Part shown: positions 23,576-36,520 of the stretch, in pieces
Numbering within the stretch: the stretch's first letter is position 1
Layout: every line of letters begins with the position of its first letter
Assembly: GCA_039621445.1 (NCBI GenBank)
Contig: CP154954.1
Location: 26,114,954 to 26,178,953, forward strand
Reading direction: 5' to 3'
DNA length: 64,000 nt
Source: Euglena gracilis
Taxonomy: Eukaryota
Program-made: the position numbers and the translations under genes
Notes under the pieces: model-generated
The model's input: the letters and a program-made list of their open reading frames with translations, nothing else
What the model was told of the DNA's origin: nothing
The model's database searches: none

Positions 23576-24379
23576 CCCCCCAACTATTCCCCCCCCCAAC
23601 TATAAAGTGGCCTCTTGGGATGGGAATACCGGGGGTCTCGAAAAGTAGAACATACTAAATTCAAGAAATTCTAAAGTCGAACCACTCTCTTTGCGATATT
23701 TCTCTGTTCGAGCAGGCACAGTGCTCGAAAATAGTGTTCACATCTTTGGTACAAATGATCGCGATTGGGATCGCAGCGAGCTTTTCCTAATTGGAATGTG
23801 GTTAACTCACCGTTGATCGTTGGGCTGCTGTTTCCAAAGGTACTCCACACCGCATATCTTTTCAAATTTTTATCCTTTGGGTCAGGAAATCAATCGTCTT
23901 TCATATCAAGAACTGACACTGGTTCGGGATGAGAAGTGAAGGCCCCTTGAAGTGAAGGCCCCTTGTGGGTTCAAATCAATAACGTTGAGGTGCCAGTACA
24001 TTTAAGTTTACAGCTGCTACTAGTGCGGTGCGAAGTCCCCCCCCCCCCCCCCCCCGCAGTCAACCAGCCCCCCCCCCCGAATGTGCGAAGCCCCCCCCCC
24101 CCCACCAGGGCGGTGTGAGGTTACCGGCCCCCCCCCCAGCTACTGCAGTTTCAGGTGATTACATGAAGTAATTTTCGGAAAAGTCCGTGGCCCAGTTTTG
24201 GAACACTTTTCTGCTCAGGAGATTTTTCAAATGAACCCTGGAGAAGGAAAGCTTTTTTTAAGAATGTCCAACTTAACCCATCTTATTCTCAGTCTTATTC
24301 ATGGAAGATCACAAAATCTGTGCTGGCATCTTTTATTTTTTTTGGACTGGGCCTGCACAAATGGGGCCAGCTTTCCAGC

Positions 24380-25150
24380 CATCTTTTAGGGCCAGTTTGC
24401 TGCCACATCTTGGCCACAGGGGGGGGGCACATTTTGGGGCACCAGTTTGGCGTAACACTTTGAAACCACATCTTGGGCCAGTTCGGTGCCACATCTTGGG
24501 GCAGAAATTGTGCCACATCATTTGCCCACAGGTGGGGCAACATCTTGGGCAGGGTTGACATTTTTTTTGTTTTTTGAAAAAAAATCATGTTGTTCTTCAA
24601 AAAAACAAACAAAAAAAACTTTTTTTGAAAAATCAAAAATTGACAATTTTCCTTGAGAAATGGCCATTTTTTTGAGGAAAAAGTTTTAAAGTCATTTTTT
24701 TTTGGTCATCAAAAAGTGACGTTTTTTTTTTCCAGACCCTTCATCCTAAAATGATGTGGTTGGCAAGGTGTCGCACATGTGAAAGCCAACGTCCTTTACG
24801 GACTACGAAGCTGCAAAGATAAAAAATGAACTTTTTTCTAAAAAATTTCAAAAAATTTCCCCCAAACCCTCCATGACGTTTTTTTTGTTTTTTTAAAAAA
24901 AACATATTTTTTTCTTCAAAAACGTGTTTTTTTTTGTTTCAAAAAAGCAAGCCGTCAACCTTGATCTTGGGACCAGTTTGGTGCCACATCTTGGGCCCAG
25001 ATTTTGGGCACATCTTGGGCCGTTTGGTTTAACATTTTGGGGCAAGCTTGGGACCAGGTGACGCGACATTTTGGGACAGTTTGGCGCCACATCTTGGGCC
25101 AGATCTTGGGGCCAGCTTTCGTGCCACAGGTTGGGGGGTGCCACAGGTGT
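24380..25150. repeat. Clusters of ~23-bp GCCACATCTTGGG-type subrepeats
   Basis: Repeated GCCACATCTTGG(G)CC at 24380-24555 and 24960-25150. Confidence 0.75.
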
Positions 25151-25399
25151 GTCAAGAGGTTCTTTCTTTGGGGGGCGATCATAAACGGGTTGAAACCGTG
25201 CATGGAGGCTCTGGGTTCACGCCCGAACTGGTGTCTTGGACACCGGTTCGGGCGTAAAATTTCCCGCCCGAACCGGTGTCTTGGACTGAAGCAACAGGAC
25301 AACATTACAAAAAACCAGATTCATTTGGAATTCGGTGCAAAGAGGTGCGAGACGACCAAAAACAAAAGTTTTAAGAAACAGTGCTGGGCAAAGCTTCGG

Positions 25400-26110
25400 T
25401 CACCCTCCCGCTCGGGTGAACACCGTCAGCTCCAAAAATGTCTCAGGCCTTTGGCCCAAGTGGGCAATCAACAATAAATTCATCCTCTGGCTCTCCAAAA
25501 AGTGGTTCCAGTTTGTCAGGTCAAAGAGCCGCAAAATTTCTTCCTCGGACACTACAGGCACCTCCTGCTCCTCGACTTTTTGCTTCTTCTCGCGAAGAGA
25601 AGCAGCGTCGAAAAAGGTACAAAATTGTGGATAATGTGACTGCACCGAAGGCACAAAGGAGCCGACATGGGAGGGTGATTTCCTGTACAATGCAGCCAAA
25701 GCGTTGACCATCGTGGTCAACGTAGAGGGGAACCAGGACCGATCCTGCACCTTGGCATTAGCACAAATTTCTTTGCGTTGGGCGGGGGCTGCCTGTTGCT
25801 TCTCGTCACCGTGATCAAAAAGGCATGTGACCTTTACCGTCCAAAAGAGCAAATGCCAAGAGCCAGCCGTCCAGTTTGTCAAATGTTGCCCCATGCAGCT
25901 CGCAAACCTTTTGGGAATCCCGGGCAGCTCCTCTAGAAGTTTTTGGGAGGGGTTCAAACAGGGGCATTACTGCCATACACACCATGCACGGAGCTTCATT
26001 GCACAATGAGAGCGGCATATTGACATGGGCAAGTGGTAATTATCAATAACCTTTTCAACCACCTTAGCAATATCCACAAAGGTTTTTTTCCCTGGGTGAG
26101 AAGGAGTGTG
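25400..26110 (-). pseudogene. Crypton-like tyrosine recombinase remnant (N-terminal region to first catalytic Arg, truncated)
   Basis: FVDIAKVVEKVID...WFPSTLTTMVNALAALY...FVPSVQSHYPQFCTFF...VVSEEEILRLF...ESQRMNLLLIAHLGQRPETFLEL; GxRxxE/xxL box of YRs. Confidence 0.65.
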
Positions 26111-26865
26111 AAGAAACTAGCAATTCGAATGAGCAAACTTGACGTTGTTGCTCCCAATGGTTGCGCTTTGAGAAGGTCAACAGCTTCAGTTTTCTTTTGG
26201 CATCAATGAGGAATACCTCCATGACATTTCACCATCCTTCTTTTTCCTTCTGTCTTCTGGCCTTTTTGGCAGATCGGGATGCATTGACGGCGTCCACACA
26301 GAAAACAAACAAGGGAATTGGGAATTTTTTTTGTCAGCGAAGGAGGGAGAAGAAAATAGTTGCAGAGGAAAGGTGTGACCAACAACAACACACAATCTTT
26401 TCGAATTATTTTGCCTTCTGGATAAAAAAAACACTGGAAATCACAGCTTCATCAGTTCCAAATAATCTGAATCTCTCCACGAAGCTATGAAAACAAGGTT
26501 TTCCTGATATTGAACCTCCTGAAGGTAAGCCAGCCAGAAATGTACAAAGAATAGTTCGCAAAAATCTGTGTTTTTTTGCCGACCACTTTCACGAAGTTGT
26601 TCGCTTTTTTTTTGCACTTCACATTGTCTTGTCAATCTTCTGTCCTGTGTGAAAAGCATCGTCTTTCAAACAAAGTCGCACCCATGCATTCGTCGACCTG
26701 TCCATGCACATGTTGCTGACAGGCCTGCCCTTACCCCGGTCAGTGGCCCAGCCTGGGAAACTGATTGGGAGGTTGGGGGCCTCTTTCCCAACAAGAAGGT
26801 GACTGGCCGAAGCTCTACTGTTTGGAACCTTTGGGAGAACAAAGGGCCTAATCCTCACCGTACTC

Positions 26866-26995
26866 TTAAACCTGACCCTGGCCCTAACCCTGGCCCTATC
26901 CCTAACGCTAATTCTGAATCCCTAGCCCCATCCCTAACCCTAACTCCATCTCTAACCTTATCCTTTACCCTGACCCTAACTCCACTTTAACCCTT
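26866..26995 (-). repeat. Degenerate (CCCTAA)n tract; others at ~32035-32110 and ~32500-32930
   Basis: CCCTAA/CCCTGA/CCCTGG hexamer variants. Confidence 0.75.
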
Positions 26996-29433
26996 GCCAT
27001 CAACTGCTGTACGCTCACTCCTCTTGTACGCTGATGAGGGACCACACACTCACGTATTGAGAGGGCCGCGTAGGTGCGTGTGTGTCGGGTGGTCGACGGT
27101 GATGTTGGTGGTTGGAGAGGTTGGACTGGGCGGGGGTGAGGGCCGGAAAGAACTGGCACCAATTGATTTTTGTGCATGCGTTTGAGTGTCTAGTAGAAAG
27201 GGATGGGGAGAACAAAGTGGGGCATTGGGGCCAGTCCTCGGCACATTTCAGGCTCGGTTATATACCAAGCCTGAAGTCCAGGCCCAGGCACTCATGGGGG
27301 CAGCAGACCTGGTTTCAAAATGCCCTTTGTTGCTGTTTGTTCGTGCATGTTTGTGCATGCAGACATGTAAACAATTATAATTTTAAAAACTTCCGTTTCA
27401 AGAGTTTCATGAAAACAACGAGATAATGTGTGGGTATGTGAAAGCTGCGTCCCAAAACTTTCAACTTCCACAGCTGAATGGCATGCAGCAAGCTGAACGG
27501 GAGCCTGGTGATATCCCATTGCGTTGGTGCCTTGATTTTTTGAAAGACAATGGTGCAACGATGCACAGCCAGTTGGTGTGTTGCAATTCCTTACTGCACT
27601 GTCCCTTAAGCAGTGTCCTTCGGGTGTGGCACCGAACCTCTGACTTCCACCAGAAGGAGCATTCACAATGTGAGCCTTCTCGGCTGTGTTTGGTGCAATG
27701 GAAAACACAGAAACAAAAAATGGATGTGGCGCTGAATGAAGAACCACCTCCGCCTGACGGCGCTTTTGAGATGAGTGTGACCGCGAGCAGCATACTTGCC
27801 GCAAGTGTTGCCGCTGCAATAATGGTGTTTCCCTCTCTGTCTCCCCCACTTTGCTCGGACCATTGATTCTTCCTGTGACAGTAAAAATTGCTATAGGGGG
27901 TGTTCTTGTAGCCCCACAGTTGGAGAAGGAATAAATGGAACCGACAGGCGGGGACAGTTGTAAATGAAACAAGTCATTAAAAAAGGCACAAGAACTGGGG
28001 GTGCAGTGTCCCTGAGCCAAGGCTTTGGCCTTACAGAGCTGCACTAATGAACCTCATTTTTCTCGGCAAAACGACCCAGGGGTCCAGGAATCTCAGGGTT
28101 ACCACCAAAATGTGGTGTACATATGTGTATTTCCAGAGGGCGAAACTCTTCTCCAAATTCTAAAATAACTGGAAAAGGTGACAATTGCTGGCACCTGGCA
28201 TGTTTTTTTTTGGTTCTGTAGATTTCCCCCAGTCGAGAATCCTCCCATTTTTGGTTAGGGATGGAAAAATTAGACACGTCTGATCACATCCCCCCAAATG
28301 GGGGGAGTTGGGTTTTGGGGTGGGTGGTGCCACATCACATCTCTGGCGCCAACGGCGCTGGGGTGCAAACATTTTTTTTGCAACATTGCAATTTGCCTGC
28401 ATCAGACCCAGCTGGGGCCCAAAACAACCACTACGCTGTGATTTGTGGTTCTTTGGAAAGCACCGCCCCTTTCTCAGCCGGAGGAGCCTGGTGGGGGACC
28501 TGACCGATTATCCCCCCCCCCCCGGTTTTGGCTGTGTGGGGGGGATCTACAGAAGGTTTGGCACCACTTTTTCTTGTCTCAAGCTTGACGAAATTTGTGG
28601 TTGGGTTTTGGGGTGGGTAGTGCTATAGCACACCCCCCGGCTCCAAATGCTCCGGCGCCCCAAAATGGCTGTTTTCAAGGGAAATTTGGCTTGGTCAGCA
28701 GGCACCAGGGTCCAAAACTGACTCCCTGGGGGGTTCCTGCTGTGGACAGGCACCCCACAGCACAAGGCACCCCTCCATCAGGGTTGGTAAAAGAAGCCTG
28801 TTTAGGCGAAAATTGGCCATGTCTCGGGCTAGGTGGGGAGTTGCAAGAAAATCAAAATACCATTAGATAGGGTGTTTTAAGGGTTTCAATTTAGCAGGTC
28901 TCCGGACGTTTTGTTTGGTTTTGCTTCATTTTTGAGATATTTTGAGAATTGGGTTTTTTGTCAAGTTTTGGCCCAAAACGGACCAAAAAAGGCCAAAAGC
29001 CTGGTCAAAAAATTTCTGTGGAACACGGGCTATAACTCTAGCTGGCTGTGTGAAAACCAGGTACCATCAGATAGGGCATTGCACAATTGCACAGGCTTGT
29101 AATTTCTTATTGTGCGCTTTTGATGACTCGGCAGCCCTGGGCAGTAAAATTTTGATGTTTGAGCAGATGTATGGTTGCCGGCGGCTTTCGGCCCGGCCCG
29201 GCCCGGCCTGGCGGGTCAGGCCAGCCTGGCGCGGCCTGGCTGGCCGGCCGGGTGGGGCACCTATCGGCCTGGCATTCAGTTGCGGGGAATCAAAATAACA
29301 TTAGCTAGGGCTTTTAAGAGATTGGCTATCATTTTGAAGATCTTTTGATGCTTTTGATTTTTTTTGGGCCCAAAAAAGACTGAAATGGGCTGTATTGTAT
29401 TGGGGCCAGCCGTGCAGCTGGTCCAGGAGGCTA

Positions 29434-29836
29434 TAACCCCCCCCCCCCCTGAATAGAAGCCCCCGGGGGCTTCTATTCGGAACGTTGGTCGAAAACTGAG
29501 GGGGGGGCTTCAATTCGGGGGGGGGGGGGCACTATTCGGAAAAGTGGTCGAAAACCAGGGGGTCCGAGAATTATCGAAGAAAGTTATTTGTGTGGTCCAC
29601 ATGTCCTACCTTTCCAAACCATGTCAAATTTGCTGCAAATGTTACTCTTGTGGAGAATTGGATCATGAAACATAAAATTACCCAACCCTCATTTAACCAA
29701 TGCCTGAAGAAACCAAATTGCCATCCGTCCCAATTGACAGATCCACGGGCAGGGGCCTACCATTCGGGGGGGGACTATTCGGAATTTTGGTTGAAAACCG
29801 AGGGAGGGGGGCTTCTATTCGGGGGGGGGGGGCTTT
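29434..29836. mobile_element. Tc1/pogo-like MITE
   Basis: Inverted ends CCCCCCCCTGAATAGAAGCCCCC / GGGGGCTTCTATTCGGGGGGGG; similar architecture at ~30690-31097, ~31410-31545 and ~60735-61060. Confidence 0.6.
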
Positions 29837-32539
29837 TGGGGGATTTTTTTTTTGATGCACAATCCTGAGGTCATTTCTTGACATTAAATTTGAAAGTTGA
29901 TTTTTTGACACCAAAGGGGTAGTTCCACAACGCCAGGCAAAACAAAGGCTTTTTTTTAAGACAGAGGGAATGGGTGGGTCCGGGCGACAATTGCCTGCTC
30001 TTTAGCGAAGAGCCAAAATTTGCCAAATGTCTTTAATGGCCGATTTGGGGGGGGGCCCCCCCCCCCCCCCCCCTCCCGCGCCGGCCGATCCCCTGAAATT
30101 GTGGGTGGGGGTGAGATCCTTAAATATGATTTTAATCTTAAAAAGAAGCCTGGGCCAAATGTACAGAATTTGGAGCGAAATGACCATTAGTGGCAAAATT
30201 TGAGCTGTCCGTGAAAATATGGGGAATCAAATTACCATTAGATGATATTACCATTAGATTTCAAAGGGCTTTCTTTTAGGTTGCCGAACATTTTCTTTGA
30301 TTTTGCTTTCTGAGGTATTTCAGAAAGACTGATTTTTTTGACCCCAATACAACCCAAAGATGGCCCCAGAAATACAGAAATGACTGAAAAATGGCCATAA
30401 TTTGAGCTAAACAAAAGAATCGGCAAAAAAGTTAAAATATGGTTTGATAGGGCATTCCAAGGGCTTCATTTTTTGGTCGCTGGACATTCCTTCTGTTTTT
30501 ATTTTACTTCCAACATATTTTGAAAAAATCGATTGTTGACCCGAAAAACGGCCTAAAACACCCCAAAATGGCCGTTTTGGGGGCCACAAAAACGAGCCAG
30601 AACACAGCCAGGTGGCAGCCAAAATGGTGTGTTGGGGGTGATAGAGGGTCTCCAGGGTACATTTGGTCTGGCAGATGCTTTCGGAAGTAATGTAACCCCC
30701 TGATATAAACCCCCCTTTGGGTCTTGAAATTTCGCCAAATATAACCACCCCCTCTGGGAAACAGCAGAAGGGAAAAATCCCGACAATTCCAGCATTTCGT
30801 TACACTTTCAGGGGATGATTTTGACATTTTTTTCTCTCCAAAAAATGGTCATCAACTGGAAATTTGCCCAAAAATGGTGAACTTTGGGCAAAATTGTATA
30901 TGCGCTTTGGAAATTTGATTTCCCCACCCAAATACAACCCCCCCCCCCAAACCCCCCCAAACCCCCTTGAGGGTCCTGAAATTTCTGCTCAAATATAAAG
31001 CCTGGGGGTTATATATTTTTTGAATCTCTTGAGATATCTCGAGAAAGAATAACCCCCCCAATTATGAAACCCCCAGGTTTTATATTTGAGGAGTTTATTC
31101 TTTTGCGATATTTTTGAAAAATCTGTTTGAACCAAAATCTCACCCCAGTGGAATGGCAGAGTCAAATCTGGGGGGGGGGGGTGGCTAATCCCACCGGGGA
31201 AAAAGGGAAGGGTTGAACCCTCCTCCCCCCCAGTAATGGGAACTGCAGATTATCACCACGACCCCGGCCCTGTTCAAAGAATTTTCTTCAATTGCAAGTG
31301 ACTGCATCCCGGCTTTTTGAATCACCTCCGTTTGACCCCCCCTCCCCCACTCCCTGCCAGGCCCAAGTTACTCAACTGACAAGAGGTCCAAACTGGTGAG
31401 CTTCGCTCTTAAACCCCCCCCCCCAAATATAAGAAACCCGTTTCTTATATTTGGGTGTCGGCCGATCGGCCCAAAGGGTTTCTTATATTTGGGGGTTTCT
31501 TATATTTGGGTGTCGAAGGCCGGCCCCAAGGGTTTCTTATAAATGGAACTTTTTCTTCCTTCGGATCATTCATATAATTAATTACATGTGACAGCCGTGC
31601 ATAGGATTCTTAATGTCTGACTGCCATTGGAGCAGTGGGGAAGAGGGTCGTGGCACGGACAGGTGTCTCCAAAAAGCAGTTGCTGCTGAACTCTTGCTTT
31701 GAAAAGAAGCAATAGACTACTGGGAAAAGAATCATGGTGAAATGATAAAACAACAATATCTTATATGGCTGAAAACAGGCAAAGGGATATATACTCCAGA
31801 GAGATAAAGCTCAATCTATCCTAACCAATAACCCTAAAAAAAAATCTCAAAAAGGGGGTTCAGGGAAAAAAATTAGACCCTTGGATATTTTCCATTTTTT
31901 TTGCACTGTTTTTGAGCAGGGATTTTTTTGATTTTTTTTAAACACTTTTGAATTTTTATTTGGGGGGTTTTCTTTTTTGGGGTCCTGTCAGGATTTTTTT
32001 AGGGGACTCACTCTACTCCAGAGAGATAAAGCTGGATCCTAATCCTAACCCTAACCCTGCCCCATCCCCTAACCCTAACCTAACCACCCTCACCCCTTTA
32101 CTCTGACCCAGGATAGGCAATGGGGGGTTTAGGCCCCCTGGATAATTAAATCATCCAATTGTTTTGACCCGGATCGACCACTTCTGAGGGTGTTTCGGTG
32201 GCCGAACTGGATGCCTGACCTAGGCAAATTTTTTCGTTTTTTTTTTAAATGCACTTTTAATTGAACGTTTTTTTGAAATGCAGAAGTGTGGATTGTGTGG
32301 TCTTTGCTTTTTTTGGACAGTTGGATTCTAAACATCTTAGTTGATGCTTTTTTGTATTTGGAAGTTTTGGTTTTAATGGTGGGGTCATTTTTGGGTCAGG
32401 AACTGTCTCGAAGAAGGGATTCCTGTTCCCACCCCCTCAGTTAATTGGATCATCTGCACACTGGAGGGTCGCTGGGGTCTTTCTGAGACAAACTGGACTA
32501 CCCAACTCTAACCCTACAAACCTTAACCACTTAAACTTA

Positions 32540-32876
32540 CTGTCCCCGGAAAATAACAACCTAAGCCTTTCAGGTTGTTATTTTTTCGGTTGTTATTTTT
32601 CCAAATTTTTCCTGTGTAAAGGGTTCGCCATGGCTCTTTGGATACTTTCTCACTTGGCCTGGCTGAGACGGGGTATGGATGAGAAACCCCTCCTTTCAAT
32701 CGTCATGGAAAAGCATTTGCAGCAAAGCCTTCCTAACTATGGTCGACGCTGACCTGATTTGATGACCTCCCCAGTTTTTCGTGAATTCCATATTGACATC
32801 CTTGTTGCTCTGAGCCTTCCTTGTTATTTTTCCGGTTGTTATGCCGGTTGTTATTTTTCCGGTTGTTATTCCGCAG
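32540..32876. mobile_element. TA-flanked MITE inserted in degenerate telomere-like DNA
   Basis: TA-CTGTCCCCGGAAAATAACAACC ... GGTTGTTATTCCGCAG-TA; GGTTGTTATT subrepeats. Confidence 0.6.
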
Positions 32877-35800
32877 TAACCCCCTAACCCCCTGACTCTA
32901 ACCCAAACCCAACTCAATCCCTTACCCTATTTTGAAAGGGTTCTAAAAGGGTTTAAAAGGGTCTAAAAGGGTTTGCATGGAGCTCCCCTTCTCACGCAAC
33001 GTATCACCTTCCTGCCATCGTTCATTGATACACTCCCACAGCAATCGTCTTTATGTTCCATTTTAAATGCAGAATTGTCTATTTGCCAAAACCTGATGGC
33101 ATTGAGTTCGCATTAACCAATCCCCCTTCCCCGTATTCATAAATCGGTCTAACATTTTGGGTCGATCAAGAAAGATCCAATCAAAGGAGAAATCCTCATA
33201 AAGAAGGATATGAACAAAATTTATGCTGGGGGCAGTTAGCACCAAAATATTGAAACAACAGCCTCATTGCCTTTGCAGGAGTGCTGCGCCAACCTGGAGT
33301 ACCTCACCTCCCCAGTTGGCTGGCTCAGTGTGCAGGATGAGAGTTGCTTTCTGTTCACCGGCCGCGACGTGGTAGAAGTGCACGCCCAACTGCCTGGCCT
33401 CGTTCTGTGCGAGGGCAAAGGGGTGGAGGTCTTCGCTGAGAGCACAGTGCATGGCAGTGATGAGCTTCGAGTGCTTTGGGTTCCGGTTTTTTTTTCCGTT
33501 CCCTTTCGTTCCCACCAGGGCCACTGAAACCAAAGGGAACCACCACCGGAAGGGGGGGGGGTGGATGGGGTACAGCCAGCTTGCAACGTTTTTCCAGCTG
33601 GCAACCTTTCTTGCAAGCAGGGGACCGCATAATCCCGCATAATTTGTTTTTTTTTGGGAAAATTCAATAAAGAAAAGGCCCTCCCTTGCACAATGAATGC
33701 TCCTTTTGTTTTCTTTATTATTTCATCGTTTTTTTATTTCTCCAATTTGTTGTACACTCTTTTTCGTTTTCTTTGGTGCGGAGGAACTATTAGAGCAGTC
33801 AAAAGTTGGTCCTCAGGGGGCAGGGATGTTTGGAAAGCCCTTGCTTTGAGGAAGGTGGTTGTGGGGAGGGGTTTCAATCCCCCCTCCTAGAGGGTCAATG
33901 TGGTTGCTGCAGACCATTCCCAGATGTCAGATTTGGGGGGGGGTCTGATGTACCCACCCCTCCTTCAAGAAAGCCAAAAATCACGCTGGCACTTGCCTTG
34001 GAGATGTTGTTTTTCCACTCAAATTTTTCAGGTTTGCTCATTATTTTTGCATTTTCCACAGTTCAAATGTCATTGTCTGCAATTTTTCACCCTTTGAATT
34101 TTTTTTCAGCCCTCATCAGTTTAGAGTTGGAGGTTTACCCCCCGAAGTTTTTTTAATCCCTAGCTTCCATATATCCCTGTGGGTGTTTTACTTTATGATC
34201 ATATTATTATTATTATTATTATTATTATTGTTTTTTTGGAGGTTTACTACAACACTTTGTCATTCTGGAAGGGAGGAAACCATGAGATCCTGAAGCCCAG
34301 GAGAGTGCCATATGGTCCAATATTATTTTCTAGTTTTTTTTGCACATGCTTCCCAAGTGAAACATGAAAACCCAAAACTATGACCCCCCTGAGCCAACCA
34401 AACCAAAAATCCGAAAATGACACCCCCCGACCCGAAACCGCGAAAATCTCTGACAACCCCTTTTTTGGTGCAAAAATGATGTGATCGCTGAAACTTTTGG
34501 CACTTTTAGACTCAAAAATCATTTGAAGTCTCAATAAGAGAGCAGTTTCACATGGCGCAAAGTGCTGGAAAAATTTGTATGTATTTGGGAACCTGAAGAA
34601 GGTCGGTCAAAGAAAAATCCCAAAACAGGACCCCCCCAAATAAGCCCCTAACCCTTGGAGATTTCCATCAACAGATCCGATAATAAGGCACAGGTCACAT
34701 CTCTTTGGGGGTTCAGCACCGTGTTAGGCTGCTGAACCCTAAGAAGCAGCCTAAAAAATGAACCAGATTTTTGTTAATCTGGTTCATTTTGGAGCCATTT
34801 TGTGTCATTTTGGGCTAATTTCAGTGTTGGATGTTGTTGAACGAATGATGATGAGCGTTGGATGAATCGGGCTGTTTTTGGGCTCTTCTGGGCCAACGTC
34901 GGACGTATTTGGGCATCATTTCAGGCCAAAGTTGCAGGCTTTGACTTTGCATGAATGCAAATAACACCCATTTTTTCATTTTTACTCCGATTTTTTCCGC
35001 ATAATCTAGTATAGTCCTGCATAATAAATTACCGCATAATCTTGCATGATTTGGAAAAAATTCTCCTGCGTTATCCCCACCCCCTGTTACCCCCTGGATC
35101 CCCCCTTCCACTGAACTCATTCCTGTCCAGCTTCCCAAAAGGTCGTATAAATGACAACAGACTTTCTTTGCTGCAAAAAGGGAAAAGCAAAAAAGACCTG
35201 ACCACATCGGACATCGAATGCACTCCTCAGCTCAAACCTTCGCATTAAAATTTTTGTTTTGCGAAAATTGATGATTGGCATTTTTCCAGTTTTGACCTTG
35301 GACGGGACCCCATCCCAAGCTCAGCCCCACGTGGGGAACCCCAGGTGGGTCAGTCTGGCTGTCAATCTCGTTTGTTTACAATCTTGCTTGTATTTGCATT
35401 TGGTTCATTTGGGTTTTTTTATCCGCACCAGCTGCTGAGATGAAGCCCCTCACTGAACGGGCCCTTTGATGTTCAGCCAGAGGGGGTACTCTGGGAAGTC
35501 ATCCCCATGGTGTGTGTCTGGAGGACCCTCCTTTTTTTCCGCAGCAACCTGAAAGGGCCATCCATGAAGATGTGGGTCGGACGACCCAGCATGTGGAGGA
35601 TGCAGAGTCGTGGGTAGCAGGGTCGTCCGTCAGTAGTCGTGGGTAGTGGGGTTGGCTAATCCTACCCATTTTGGACCCCTTGTTGGCTGGATAAATTGGG
35701 CCTGGTGGAGAGTGGTGATCAAATGGAAGGGTTTCAGAAAGCTTAGATCCAGTTGTTTGTGATTGAAAAAAAAATCCGGAAAGGGGGCCAGGGTTGTTGT

Positions 35801-36016
35801 GATGATCTGCAGTTATCTCTGGTGGTGATGATCTGCTTTTTTTTTTTTTTTGTTCAGGGCTCAGCGACCCTCCCTCTGATAATGCCCCTCCCCCCAATTT
35901 GAACGAGCCTCAAATTTTCCAGCAAATCAAATAGTGGATATCACCCGGCATTGAAAAAGTGGGTTTTTTTGCAACCTTTCACTTCGTTGAAGTCCTTTGT
36001 ACTCCCCCACATGCAG

Positions 36017-36520
36017 GCGGGCGCAGATGATTTTGAAGGGGCCCCGCACAGTCCTTTGCCCCTGAGCCACGACGCTTTGGCACATGTGTTGCGGTTCTGG
36101 CCAGGCATTTCCTCCAGGGCCCCTGGTTGATGCTGTGCGCCAGTGCTAGTTGTGCACCACACCCTCACAGGCTTCCGTCACCTGCCACACAACCACACAC
36201 GCTGGGAGTGGGGAGGGGGAAACCAGACGTGGATGGGGGTGAGGTGGGGAGATGCTTGCCGCTGCCCGCTGCCCGACTTGTTGGCCTTCCGGAGCACATG
36301 CCGCGCCTTCCACTGCACTCTCGCTGCTGTTCCTCGAGATTTCTGGGGGCAGAGATTTGCAGCGTTGGTCGTAAATGGGGTGGATTGGCCTGGTGTCACC
36401 CCTCCCACAGCACCGCATTTGGCTGTGGTGCCGTGCTGCTGAACGCCCTGACTGGGGAAATTTTGCTAACCATATGTGTGGTATACCTACTCCCTCGGGA
36501 CGTTGCCAACTTAGGGAGTT
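36017..36520 (+). pseudogene. Decayed protein fragment with up to three F-box-like motifs
   Basis: LPLSHDALAHVLRF; EVGRCLPLP/DLLAFRSTCRAFH...DFW (frameshifted by a 7-bp duplication at 36259-36272); LLNALTGEILLTICVVYLLPRDVANLG. Confidence 0.55.

Noticed and set aside
27020-27090. Hammerhead ribozyme (CTGATGA core; also 8275 and 22154)
   Set aside because: No stem II followed by GAAA at the required spacing
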